A DNA stretch of 54,279 nt from Myxococcota bacterium (GCA_040752415.1 JBFMGU010000038.1:1-54279), one strand, 5' to 3'; shown: positions 38,402 to 48,614, numbered from the stretch's first letter. The notes: generated by a model not told the origin, from the sequence alone. Program-made: numbers and translations.

Positions 38402-39382
38402 CTACAGGCTCGCGTTCACCACCGGCGCCGCGGGGGCCACCACCGTGGATGTCCCCTCGGGCTCCAGCCTGGAGCACACGCGGTTCCGGCCAGAGTGCTT
38501 GGCGCGGTAGAGCTCGTCGTCGGCGAGCTTGAGCAGCGCGGCGGCGGGCTCCGCGGTGTCGGCGCGCGCCTCGGCCACGCCAATGGAGACGGTGACCGCT
38601 CCCTCGGGCAGCCCGCCCATGGAACTGGCCGCCACCGTGGCGCGGATCCGCTCGGCCACCTCCACGGCGTCGCGCAACGCGGTGTCCGGGAGCAGCACCG
38701 CCATCTCCTCGCCGCCCAGGCGCCCCACCACGTCGTAACCGCGCACCGAACCGCGCAGCGTGGCGCCCAGCGCGGCAATCACCGCGTCGCCCACCGGGTG
38801 CCCGTGGGTGTCGTTGACGCGCTTGAAGTGGTCGATGTCCAGCATGAGCACGGAGAAGGAGCGTTGCGTGCGCTTCATGCGGCAGGAGCACTCCTCGATC
38901 CGCTCGAGGAAAGCGCGCCGGTTGCACAGCCCGCTGAGCGCGTCGGTGTTGGCCAGGTAGGTAAGCTGACGGTACATGCGCGCCAGCTCCACGTAGTTGC
39001 CCACGCGGGCAATGAGCTCGTCGGGCTCATAGGGCTTGACCACGAAGTCGGAGGCGCCGGCCTGCAGCGCGCGGACGCGGTCGGTGCGGGAGCTCTGCGC
39101 CGTCACCAGCAGCACCGGCAGCTCCGAGCGCGACTTGCGCATGCGCGCGGCACGCAGGAAGCCCATCCCGTCCATCACCGGCATGTTCATGTCACACAGG
39201 ACGCAGTCCAGCTCCTCCGCCAGCGTGATGCGCAGGGCGCTGGCCCCCTCGGAGGCCTCCTCCACGCGTGCGCCCATGGCGCCGGTGAGCAACTCCGCAA
39301 GCCCGCGGCGGGTCATGGCACTGTCGTCGACAACCAGGATGCGGGGTGGGCCCAGGAGGCTCTGACGGATGGCGTCGACCAT
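38402..39382 (-). CDS. Response-regulator diguanylate cyclase
   Basis: ILVVDDS, CDMNMP, LDIDHFKRVNDTHGH.VGD, RGYD I-site, GGEEM, AKHSGRNR. Confidence 0.92.
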   Translation of the reverse strand: MVDAIRQSLLGPPRILVVDDSAMTRRGLAELLTGAMGARVEEASEGASALRITLAEELDCVLCDMNMPVMDGMGFLRAARMRKSRSELPVLLVTAQSSRTDRVRALQAGASDFVVKPYEPDELIARVGNYVELARMYRQLTYLANTDALSGLCNRRAFLERIEECSCRMKRTQRSFSVLMLDIDHFKRVNDTHGHPVGDAVIAALGATLRGSVRGYDVVGRLGGEEMAVLLPDTALRDAVEVAERIRATVAASSMGGLPEGAVTVSIGVAEARADTAEPAAALLKLADDELYRAKHSGRNRVCSRLEPEGTSTVVAPAAPVVNASL

Positions 39383-39655
39383 GGTGGCTTCTCCGACCGC
39401 GGATACACCGACATCCCGGTCCTCAAGCAGGCACATCGGCACCGTGGCGGCGTCCCTTGAGGCCACGGCTGTCCCGCGTGACGTCGTTGTTGCACCCACA
39501 TGCCCGTCCCGCGCTTGCCCCGTGTCGGCGCAAGACCGCCGTGGTCACATGAGGAGGTCGCAGAGAATGCGGGTCATGTTGCACGCGCCTGAGGGAAATC
39601 CACGGCCCATGTCTTGCTGCACCCGGGGCGACGGGGAAGGTTTCCGGAGGGCGCC

Positions 39656-39979
39656 ATGCACGTTCCCATGCAGGTGATCTACGAGGGACTCATGGCCGGT
39701 CACGACGAGGTGGAAGCTGCTCTCCGTCGCTGGCGACCGCCCGCCGAGGCCGTGGGTCACATGGAGCTCATCCGGGTGCACATCCGGCCGGCGGGAGCGT
39801 GCTGGGGGGTGACGGCGGAGGCGGTGCTGGTGGGCAGTGGACACACCATCCGGCACGTGGAGCACGCGGAGACGGACGCGCGGCTGGGTCTTGCGCTGGA
39901 GCGCGCGCTGGATGGCCTGGTGGGCCACCGGCGGGAGCACGTCGTGGCGCCGGCGCCCGCGACACCACCGCCGGCGTGA
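39656..39979 (+). CDS. Small protein, possibly a diverged HPF/RaiA-fold protein
   Basis: GGAGG RBS; N-terminus 'MHVPMQVIYEGL...VEAALRR' and C-terminal 'DARLGLALERALD' resemble that fold. Confidence 0.45.
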   Translation: MHVPMQVIYEGLMAGHDEVEAALRRWRPPAEAVGHMELIRVHIRPAGACWGVTAEAVLVGSGHTIRHVEHAETDARLGLALERALDGLVGHRREHVVAPAPATPPPA

Positions 39980-40165
39980 GCGGCAACGGGTCTCCACGTC
40001 GGACCGACCGCGTGGGACGTGACGGCCCCGGCGGTTCCGGGGTGACGGCCCCTGGCTCCGTCGGGATCCCGCCGTCAGTTGACGGATGCTGCGAACCCGC
40101 GCCCGGGTCAGCACCGAAAAATCTCCGTGGCCCTGTGACCTGCCCCTGCGGCCTCCGGAAGACCC

Positions 40166-42340
40166 ATGTCCATCCAAGGGATCCCGCCTCCACGCACCAC
40201 CACGGCCCCCCAGCAGACCCAGGAGGCGCAGCCTCCCCCGAGCCCACCGGCGGCGGCCCCACCCACGCCCCAGCCTGCCACGCAGCCCGCCGCTGCGCCC
40301 CCCGCGGATCCTCGTCGTCAGGCGGACGCGCGCCGGGTGGCCGCCACCAGCACCGGCTCCCTGCGCCAGCAGCTGGAGAACCGCGCGCAGACCAACGCCG
40401 CCACCCGCTCGCAGGCGGATGCCAGTCCCGAGGCGGCGCGACGTGACGCGGAAGCCATCAACGCCCTCCCGCGTGAGCAGCGGCCGCAGGCGGTGCTGGA
40501 GCGTCTGCGTGAGCTGCAGCGCACGTACGTGACCGGGGTGCCCCCGCAGTATTCCGCGGAGCTGATGCGCAACCTGCAGGACCGGGAGGGCGTGCTCACC
40601 GACGCGGCGCGGCTGGCCAACACGCCGGCGGGACCGCGGAGCCAGGACACCCAGCAGATCCGCAACCAGCAGGCCGACCAGCGCGCGCTGGACTCCGCCA
40701 TCTCCGGCGCGCAGCGCGAGGGCGTGCTTCCGCCCGAGGAGATGCGACGCATCCGTGCGGCCGGCACCCAGGCAGCGGCGCCGCTGACGAGCCAGGAACG
40801 CGCCGCGGTGGGCCAGATGGAGGCCGCGCGGGGGCGTTACGAGACCGCGGAGTCACGTGCGCGGGTGTACCAGGACCGTCTCAACGCGGAGCTCTCCACG
40901 CTGCACGCGCTGACGCCGGCCCAGCGCGAGGAGTACACCCACCGCTTCTGGAACCGTACGCCGGAAGCGCAGCGCGCCCGCGCCGAACGCGACGCGGCCC
41001 TCGGCGAGCTGGACCGCGTGACGCGGGAGAATGCGTCCACGTTGGAGGCCGCTGCCACGCGGGACCCCGGCACCGCGCAGTCCCTGCTGCGCACGCACCA
41101 GGCGCTGGCCTCGCACCCGTCGACCGCGCAGACCGCGCTGGACTTTGCGCGGCGGGTGGGCTCCGACGCTGGCACGCCGGTGGGACGTGCGTTCTCCGGC
41201 CACCGCGAGGCGCTGCAGAACGTGGTGACGCGCGCGGCACCCCAGCGCGCCGCCCAGCTGCTGGCCAACGGCACGGATCCTAAACTTGTCTATCAGCACC
41301 TATCACGGGAGCTGGGGCCGCTGATGGGCGCGCGCAGCGTGTTCTCCGCGGGCCAGAGCGCCCTGGAGCTGCGCGGCAGCCTGGCCGACCCGGCTGTCCG
41401 GTCCCTGATGGACCGCGCCGCCAACGGGGATGCCGCCGCGGTGCGCGACCTGCGCGCCAACCTGCAGCGCATGGGGCCCTTCGGGCAGGCCATGGCTGGT
41501 ATCAGCGTGCTCTCGGGTGCGGCCAGCGCCGTGGAGAACGCGGGTCGTGGGGAGTACGCCCGGGCCGTGGGCGACCTGGCGCGCGCGGGCGAGGAAGGTG
41601 CTCGCGCCCTGGCCTCGGGGTTGTTCGCCGCCGGCAGCGCGGCCAACCGTGCCACGGGCAATGTGCTGATGAGGTTGGCGCCGGCGTTCGGGATGATTGC
41701 GCGGGGGGCCAGCGCGGTGGAGCACATTGGTCGCGCGTGGGGGCCGTATGGCAATGGCCTCGACGTCATGGCGGGTGCCGCCGCGGCGGCGGGCGCGCTG
41801 GGCTCCGCCGCCAAGGCCACGGTGGTGGGCTATCCGGCGGGGGTGATCATCGAGGCGGGCGCGGACCTGGCGGAGGCGGCGTTCAAGTTCGGCAGTGACC
41901 TCATCAACGCCCGCGAGGTCCGCAACGCGCGGCAGCGCACCCTGGGCGAGATGTTCCCCAACGACCCGCAACTGGCGCAGGCGCTGGCCAACACGCACCC
42001 GTTGCTGCAGCAGCGCATGCTGGCCACCGGCATGACGGAGCAGCAGGTGCAGGCCATGTTGCGTGAGAATCCGGCGCTGGCCAACGGCCAGGATTATCCG
42101 TACCTGTTCCGCGCCATGCACCGTCTGGGCAGCACCCCGGAGGGAATGGCCAACCTGCTGCGACAGGCCCGGGAACGTGGTCTGGCGCTGGATCGGCTCG
42201 AGGCCAGTCTGCGCATGGTGGACATCTCCACCGACGGGGATGATTTCCGCCAGAAGTTCCAGGCCTATGACCGCTTCCAGGGCGCTGGCGTTCCGCGCAC
42301 CGAGGAGCTCCGGTGGTTCCGGGAGTTCTTTGGCGCGTGA
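40166..42340 (+). CDS. Large helical hypothetical protein with Pro/Gln-rich N-terminus and Gly/Ala hydrophobic segments
   Basis: 724-aa ORF, GGAAG RBS, GC3 bias; no motif recognised. Confidence 0.75.
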   Translation: MSIQGIPPPRTTTAPQQTQEAQPPPSPPAAAPPTPQPATQPAAAPPADPRRQADARRVAATSTGSLRQQLENRAQTNAATRSQADASPEAARRDAEAINALPREQRPQAVLERLRELQRTYVTGVPPQYSAELMRNLQDREGVLTDAARLANTPAGPRSQDTQQIRNQQADQRALDSAISGAQREGVLPPEEMRRIRAAGTQAAAPLTSQERAAVGQMEAARGRYETAESRARVYQDRLNAELSTLHALTPAQREEYTHRFWNRTPEAQRARAERDAALGELDRVTRENASTLEAAATRDPGTAQSLLRTHQALASHPSTAQTALDFARRVGSDAGTPVGRAFSGHREALQNVVTRAAPQRAAQLLANGTDPKLVYQHLSRELGPLMGARSVFSAGQSALELRGSLADPAVRSLMDRAANGDAAAVRDLRANLQRMGPFGQAMAGISVLSGAASAVENAGRGEYARAVGDLARAGEEGARALASGLFAAGSAANRATGNVLMRLAPAFGMIARGASAVEHIGRAWGPYGNGLDVMAGAAAAAGALGSAAKATVVGYPAGVIIEAGADLAEAAFKFGSDLINAREVRNARQRTLGEMFPNDPQLAQALANTHPLLQQRMLATGMTEQQVQAMLRENPALANGQDYPYLFRAMHRLGSTPEGMANLLRQARERGLALDRLEASLRMVDISTDGDDFRQKFQAYDRFQGAGVPRTEELRWFREFFGA

Positions 42341-42461
42341 TGGTTGGGCCTACGGGCACACCCGTCACGAAGGACGCGTGAATGGATGGCGAAGCGTGGA
42401 GGTGGCGTGTCGTCGTTGACCTTCGTCCTGATTCGCACGGTCGGCGCGGATAGCGCGGGGG

Positions 42462-42751
42462 AGGGGCTGCGCGAGAGCAAGGTGCCATGGGGATTGCAGA
42501 CGTGGTGAGCGGGCCACGACCTGGAGTGCGGCGGGCCCTCGCCGCCCTGGCCAGCGCCGAGTGCGTCCTCGACGTGTGGAACGGTCCCCGCCCGGTCGCC
42601 AAGGGCGGCGACGTCCCCGCGACCGTCGACCGTTGACGGGAGCGGCATCCGCTCGGCGCTGGGCAGGGCGGCGAGGGCCCGCCGCACTCCAGGTCGTGGC
42701 CTGCTCACCACGTCTGCAGTCCCAATAGCACCTTGCTCTCGCGCAGCCCCT
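42462..42751. repeat. Long imperfect inverted repeat (100-bp arms, about 5 mismatches, 90-nt spacer); MITE/REPIN-like
   Basis: 42462-42561 versus the reverse complement of 42652-42751. Confidence 0.92.
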
Positions 42752-42802
42752 GACTGGGAACCGCTCTAGTCTGTACGCCAGGTCTTCCCTCGTGGAGTGC
42801 CC

Positions 42803-43216
42803 ATGAAGAAGCTGCTGCGGATCCTGATGCAGGCGCCGGCGAATCTCCCGCTGTCGTCGCGGTACATCGTGGGGAACGGGTTGTTCTACATGTCCTTCGC
42901 GGTGCTGACGTACGCGTGGCCGGGAATGGCGCAGACCATCTTCCAGGACCCGCCGTTCACCGCGCATGAAGAGCCCATGCTGCGCCTGGTGGGGATGACG
43001 CTGTTTGTCATTGGTTGGCTGTATTTCTGGTCGGGACGGTGGGGCGCGCTCAACGTCGTGGCGGCGAGCGTGCTTGGGCGCCTGGCGGTTCCGTTCGCGC
43101 TGGCACCGGTCATCCTGTCGGGGACACTGCCGCACCTGCTGATCACGTTTGCCGTGTTGGACCCGTTGCTCGCGGTGGGGGCGTGGGTCTTGCTGGCGCG
43201 GGAGCCCGAGAGATAG
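42803..43216 (+). CDS. Small membrane protein (about 4 TM)
   Basis: GGAG RBS, four hydrophobic segments. Confidence 0.75.
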   Translation: MKKLLRILMQAPANLPLSSRYIVGNGLFYMSFAVLTYAWPGMAQTIFQDPPFTAHEEPMLRLVGMTLFVIGWLYFWSGRWGALNVVAASVLGRLAVPFALAPVILSGTLPHLLITFAVLDPLLAVGAWVLLAREPER

Positions 43217-43342
43217 CGCCCACTCCACGACGACGTTGGAAAACGTGCCGGCCATGTTGTGACCGCGACAAACGCGGCCGGCACTCTGGGAGTGCGGTCT
43301 GGAATACCGCTTTCAATCAGGGACACGCCCTGGAATGACGTC

Positions 43343-46300
43343 TCACCTGGCGCGCTTGCGGCGGTACAGCACCACGCCCAGCGCCAACAACCACGTCTCG
43401 GCGGGTATCTCGCCGGAACGCGGCGTGACGTCGCACGCGCAGGGGTTGGCGCGGATGGAGCCTTCGTCTTCGTTCCCCGTCTGCTCGCTCACGCCGCCGT
43501 CTCCCGACACGGATGCATCGTCACCCTGCGCGGCGTCGCGGGCAACACCTGTGTCCGCGGGCACTCCCGCATCCGTCGGTGTGGCCGCGGCATCCGGCGC
43601 AACGCTGGCGTCGGGAACGAACGCGGCATCCGGCGCAACGTAGGCGTCGGGCGTCGTTGCGTCGGGCGTCGTTGCGTCCGGCGTGGCCGCATCAGGAACG
43701 ACGACACCGCTGTCGCCGGGGCCCGCGTCGGGTTCGGTGGCAGCGTCCGCCGGTTGTGCCGCATCCACAGCCACCGCGGCGTCCACGTCGAGCGCGGCGT
43801 CGGGTGTGCCCGCGTCGGGAAGGCACACGTCGTCGTCGGTCAATCCATCGCAATCGTCGTCGAGGCCGTTGCACGTTTCCGGCACGCCAAAGCTGCCCGC
43901 CGGGCAACCGCTGGCCACCGTCACCGCCGCCGGCTCCGTCACCACCGGCAACAGGTTGCGCGACCTGCTCTCCAGAACCGTCGCGATCTCACTGCCATCC
44001 GCCGACCCATCCTCGACGACACACACGCTCACCGCGTAGGGGACGTTGACCCGCGCATTCCCGTCGAACGGCGCCACCCCGCGCGGCTCCGCGTCCGACA
44101 CGTCGAGGCGCCCCAGCTCGAAAGCCACCCAGCGCACGTCCGCCGGCGTGAGGGACAGCAGTGACAGTGCGGCGGCGTCGCAGTCGGTGCCCTGGTTGGC
44201 GCACAGCACCCAGCCGTTGTCGACGAGCGTGGTGGCATCTCCCCGCTCCGGGGCCTCGGCGGTGTGGACCCAGGTGGCCACCGCGTCGGGTGAGGTGGCG
44301 GTCACCAGGAGCGTGTCACCGGTGCTCGGCTGCGACGCGGTGTCCGGTTGCGTCACGTCCGACCGCGGAATCCACTGGTAGGAAACCGCCTGCTCCGTGG
44401 GCAGCGTGGCGCCGTCGGGATCGAGTGTGCCGTCGTTGCGGAACGCGTGGGTGTCGAGCTGGTAGTCGTAGCAGACGTTGGTGGTGTTACCGATGAGTGT
44501 CGAGGGTGAGATGTCGTTGGTGATGGTGATCTTCGCGGTGCCGGTGATGTCCGCCCAGGACGCGTTGAGGTTACCCGTGTGTGTGAGTGGCTGGCCGGCC
44601 GGTCCCTCTCCGTGCGCCTGGTAGGTGCCGGGGACGAAGCCATCCGGGTTGTAGAAGGACGCCGTGGCGTGGACACCCGGAATGATGCGCCCGTCGACAA
44701 TTGCCTGAAGCGAGTGTCCGGCGGCAAGCGTGTACGTGGGGACCTGCACGCACAGGTCGCCGGCCAGCTCGACGTGGTCACGCGGCGTGAACGTGTAGCT
44801 GTACGCCGACGGGTCCAGGAACGTGGCGGTGCCGGACAGGGTGAAGCCAAAACGCTCCGCGTCGATGAGGCCGGGGAACACCGGGTCGGTGGCGTCGAAC
44901 GCGCCCTCAAACCGGAAGCCGTGGGGAATGGGGAGGCAGAGCTCAAAGGGACCCGTGACGTTGTCCGCCGCGCCCCGGTTCTCCACGCCCCACTGCATGC
45001 GCAACGGGTCCATCACCGACAGGGACGTGGCGCTCATCTGGCCCTGGCCGCAGAACACCGCGAACGCCTCCGCCTGGCCGACGAACGCACTCGGGCTGGC
45101 GCCGCAGGGCTCCACGAACGACTGCCGCGTGACCTCGCCGGTCTCACCCGCCGTGGCCGTCTCCACGACGCTCCCGCTGGCGAGGTCCGGCGCGGAGAGC
45201 TGCGCGCTGGCCTTCAGGCCAAACGCGGCGCCACTGGTGTTCGTAGCGGAGTAGGCGCTGCCGTTCATCGAGCCCGCGACGGTGTCGTGCAGGACCCAGC
45301 CGATCTCGGCCATCCAGCCCGGCGGGAACGTGGCGTCGACGTCCTGCAGCGAGACGTACTGCGAAGGCACGCCTTTCAGGATGACCTTCACCTCCTCGAC
45401 GTCGGCGGCGGGCACGGGCAGGGAGGCGAGATCACAGCGGACGGGGCTGAAGCCGCCCGCGAGGAGAACACAAGGCTGCCAGTTGGCATTCGCGCCGAGT
45501 GTTCGCGCGGTGACGTCGGGATCGGAGTAGTCGCTGGCTCCGGTGGAAACCCAGATCTCCACGTCGGCCTCCCCGAACTCCGGCCCGTAGGTGGGGAGAA
45601 AGAAGCCGGGTCCCACCGTCACGCCCGTCAGCGAAGCCTGGCGCGCGCCACCGGAGCCGGGAAGCTGCACCACGACCTCCGCGTCACCCTTCAGCGAGCT
45701 CGTGTTCGTGAAACGGGCCTGGGTGGTGCCGTCGTCGCCGGGGACGTAGGGCATGGCTTCGCTGCGGCAGGGGTTGTTGTAGTTGGTGAAGGCGGGACAA
45801 CCCACGTTGCTGAGCGACAGCAGCACGCTCTCCGCGCCAACCTCCGACGTGCTGGTGTGGCACCACCTCGGGTCGCCGGGCGCCACCGCGCCGGTGCTGG
45901 CGCTCTGGAAGCAGACCTGCACGGGAATGACGGAGCCGTCCGTCAGGACCTCTCGGAACAAGGAGTCCGGGGCGGCGTCCCAGCGCAGTCGCCACGAGCC
46001 ATAACCACCGCTGTTCAGCTCATCCGCGGCCCACACCACGCCGACATTCGCGGTGATGGCGTTGGTGTCGGGATCGTAGACCACGACGCGGTTGGCGTTG
46101 GGACCCGCGGCCGGCCCGGAGAGGTTGCCATTCCCGTCGAGCGGCGTGCCGGCGGGAACCACGTAGTTGAGCTCCGGCTGCTGGACGACATTGCGCAGCA
46201 GCAGCTGCAGCGACAGGTCACCGGCGTTCACCAGCGGGATGTGCAGGAGGTTGGCCGGGTTGTAGTTGCCATCCGCCACCAGGTCGGTGCCGTTGAAGTA

Positions 46301-47002
46301 CGGCAGGTGCACCACCAGCTTGGCGTCGGTGTGGGCGGTGGCCGGCTGGCTGACCCGGTCCATGACCGCGCTGCCCACGAAGCGCCGGTCCAGCTGCATC
46401 CGCGGGATGGCCAGCGCGGCAATCTTCTCCGCACCGGGATCCCACGCGAGATTGACGTCGACAACGGCGTCCGGCGTTCCCTGCCCGGGTGCTCCGCCCA
46501 CGTAGGCCTGCACGTGCACGGAGTAGGTCCGCGCGGGCATGGCCGCCGGTGGCGTCCAGCTGAAGTACAGCTCCGACGCCGTGAGGTCCGGGATGTCCCC
46601 GACGGGGATCAGCGCAGTCTGGCTCGCGTGGTCGAAGATCGGCGTGGGATTTCCCGGAACCCCGTTGACGGAGACGGCCGGCCGCCAGGTCTGCGTGGCC
46701 GCAAGTCCCTCCACGCCGTCGGGCAGCGCGGGCGCGAGGTCGGTCTGGACGAAGGGATCCCACGTCACGCGGACCCACACGTCGGGGAGCGGAGCACCGG
46801 AGTCGTTGCTGTAGTCGACGGAGCACTGCGCCTGGAAGGCGTTGCCCCAGGTGATGGTGCTGCCGGTGGTGAGCGACTCGCCGGTGAACGCGTTGTTGCA
46901 GGAGAAGCCGAGGTCCAGGCTCTGCGCGGAAGCGAGGGGCGAAAAGACGGATGCAAGCGCCAGGGTGAGGCCGGCGCGGAACAGGGCAGGGCGGGCGGTC
47001 AT
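43343..47002 (-). CDS. Large secreted surface protein with MYXO-CTERM-type sorting signal
   Basis: Signal peptide (..PLASA), beta-rich body, PETCNGLDDDCDG motif, PDA linker, C-terminal CAC...WLLALGVVLYRRKRAR. Confidence 0.85.
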   Translation of the reverse strand: MTARPALFRAGLTLALASVFSPLASAQSLDLGFSCNNAFTGESLTTGSTITWGNAFQAQCSVDYSNDSGAPLPDVWVRVTWDPFVQTDLAPALPDGVEGLAATQTWRPAVSVNGVPGNPTPIFDHASQTALIPVGDIPDLTASELYFSWTPPAAMPARTYSVHVQAYVGGAPGQGTPDAVVDVNLAWDPGAEKIAALAIPRMQLDRRFVGSAVMDRVSQPATAHTDAKLVVHLPYFNGTDLVADGNYNPANLLHIPLVNAGDLSLQLLLRNVVQQPELNYVVPAGTPLDGNGNLSGPAAGPNANRVVVYDPDTNAITANVGVVWAADELNSGGYGSWRLRWDAAPDSLFREVLTDGSVIPVQVCFQSASTGAVAPGDPRWCHTSTSEVGAESVLLSLSNVGCPAFTNYNNPCRSEAMPYVPGDDGTTQARFTNTSSLKGDAEVVVQLPGSGGARQASLTGVTVGPGFFLPTYGPEFGEADVEIWVSTGASDYSDPDVTARTLGANANWQPCVLLAGGFSPVRCDLASLPVPAADVEEVKVILKGVPSQYVSLQDVDATFPPGWMAEIGWVLHDTVAGSMNGSAYSATNTSGAAFGLKASAQLSAPDLASGSVVETATAGETGEVTRQSFVEPCGASPSAFVGQAEAFAVFCGQGQMSATSLSVMDPLRMQWGVENRGAADNVTGPFELCLPIPHGFRFEGAFDATDPVFPGLIDAERFGFTLSGTATFLDPSAYSYTFTPRDHVELAGDLCVQVPTYTLAAGHSLQAIVDGRIIPGVHATASFYNPDGFVPGTYQAHGEGPAGQPLTHTGNLNASWADITGTAKITITNDISPSTLIGNTTNVCYDYQLDTHAFRNDGTLDPDGATLPTEQAVSYQWIPRSDVTQPDTASQPSTGDTLLVTATSPDAVATWVHTAEAPERGDATTLVDNGWVLCANQGTDCDAAALSLLSLTPADVRWVAFELGRLDVSDAEPRGVAPFDGNARVNVPYAVSVCVVEDGSADGSEIATVLESRSRNLLPVVTEPAAVTVASGCPAGSFGVPETCNGLDDDCDGLTDDDVCLPDAGTPDAALDVDAAVAVDAAQPADAATEPDAGPGDSGVVVPDAATPDATTPDATTPDAYVAPDAAFVPDASVAPDAAATPTDAGVPADTGVARDAAQGDDASVSGDGGVSEQTGNEDEGSIRANPCACDVTPRSGEIPAETWLLALGVVLYRRKRAR

Positions 47003-47101
47003 GTGCCCACCGTCGCTCCACTCGGCAACACACGCAAGGCCGCTGTTCGCGGTGAACCGGCTTTCGTGCTGCTTAGGGAAAATGCGGTGTTGCCCGCGGG
47101 C

Positions 47102-48547
47102 TCACGCCGCTGGCGCCGCCACCCGACGACGTCCGCGCCGCGGCGCAATGCCGTACTGCCGCAGCTTGGTGTGCAACGTGCGCAGACCAATGCCCAGCGC
47201 GTTGGCCGCTTCCCGCAGCGTGGCGTGCCGGTCCACCGCACCCACGATCAACGCCTTCTCCGCGTCGGCAATGGAACAATCCAGCGGCAGGCGGATCTCG
47301 CGCACGTCGGCGGCAACCTCCGGGGGCGCGGCGCGGGCGGGCGCGGGCGTGGCGCCGGGCGCGGCGGTGTCCACCAGCGGATCCACGTCCAGGGTGTCCC
47401 CGTTGGCCAGCACCGCCGCGCTCTCCACCGCGTTCTTCAGCTCCCGGATGTTGCCGGGCCAGCCGTACTCCATGAAGCGCTTGAGGATGTGCGGCGCCAC
47501 GCCCTTGATCTTGTCGCCGTGACGACGGTTGAAGTCGGCGATGAAGAAGTCCACCAGCGCGGGGATGTCCTCCCTCCGCTCCCGCAGCGGCGGCACCACC
47601 ACCGTCACCACCTTGAGGCGGTAGTAGAGGTCGGAGCGGAAGGTGCCCGCGTCAATGGCGCGTTGCAGGTTGCGGTTGGTGGCGGCCACCACGGTGAGAT
47701 CCACCTTCACCTTCTCCGTGCCGCCCACGCGACGGAACTCGTTGCGCTCCAGCACGCGCAGCAGCTTGGCCTGCGTGGAGGGATCCATCTCGCCAATCTC
47801 GTCGAGGAACAGCGTGCCACCGTCGGCCAGCTCGAAGAGTCCCTTCTTGCGCTCATTGGCGCCGGTGAACGCGCCGCGCTCGTGGCCGAACAGCTCGTTC
47901 TCCAGGATGTCCCGGCCCAGCGTGGCGCAGTTGATGGGCACGAACAGGTGTTGTCGACGTGGCCCCAGCCGGTGCAGCGCGCGCGCCACCAGCTCCTTGC
48001 CCGTGCCGCTCTCCCCCAGCAGCAGCACGTTGGAGCCGTAACGCGCCACGCGCTGCAACGTGGCGAGCACGGACCGGATGGCCGGGGAGCTGCCCACCAG
48101 CCCCACGTAGCTCTGCAGCTCGGGTGGAACCTCGTCACGCGTGGCCGGCTCCGGCGCGTGGTCCAGCAGCTTGCGCAGCCGCAACAGGAGCACCTCCACC
48201 TGCAGCGGGGGAGCCAGGTAGTCGGCCGCGCCGGCCTGCATCATCGTCACCGCCTCGTCGACGGTCACCGTGGTCCCCACCACCACCACCGGCACCGGCG
48301 GATGACACTGCGCCGCGCGTCGCAGCACCGCCGTCGCCGAGGCATGCGGCATCCCCGCACCCAGCACCACCGCCGCCACCGGCTGTCGTCGCAGCGCGTC
48401 CACCGCGGCCTCTCCGGCGCTGGCGGTGACCACCGAGAATCCCACCCCACCCAGCGCCTGGCCGCACCCCGCCTGGTCCGCCGACGTCAGGCCGGCCACC
48501 AGGCACACCCGATCCTGTCCCCACGTCCTGGACTTGGGCATGCGCAC
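47102..48547 (-). CDS. Sigma54-dependent activator with degenerate receiver domain
   Basis: GESGTGKE, ELFGHERGAFTGA, FLDEIGEM, WPGNIREL, HTH; N-terminal REC-like fold. Confidence 0.92.
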   Translation of the reverse strand: MRMPKSRTWGQDRVCLVAGLTSADQAGCGQALGGVGFSVVTASAGEAAVDALRRQPVAAVVLGAGMPHASATAVLRRAAQCHPPVPVVVVGTTVTVDEAVTMMQAGAADYLAPPLQVEVLLLRLRKLLDHAPEPATRDEVPPELQSYVGLVGSSPAIRSVLATLQRVARYGSNVLLLGESGTGKELVARALHRLGPRRQHLFVPINCATLGRDILENELFGHERGAFTGANERKKGLFELADGGTLFLDEIGEMDPSTQAKLLRVLERNEFRRVGGTEKVKVDLTVVAATNRNLQRAIDAGTFRSDLYYRLKVVTVVVPPLRERREDIPALVDFFIADFNRRHGDKIKGVAPHILKRFMEYGWPGNIRELKNAVESAAVLANGDTLDVDPLVDTAAPGATPAPARAAPPEVAADVREIRLPLDCSIADAEKALIVGAVDRHATLREAANALGIGLRTLHTKLRQYGIAPRRGRRRVAAPAA

Positions 48548-48614
48548 TCCGTCGGTCGTTATGCCGTTTCCGCACCCTGGGGCAACCCGGGGCGTGGGCG
48601 GAAGTGGTGGTGGG

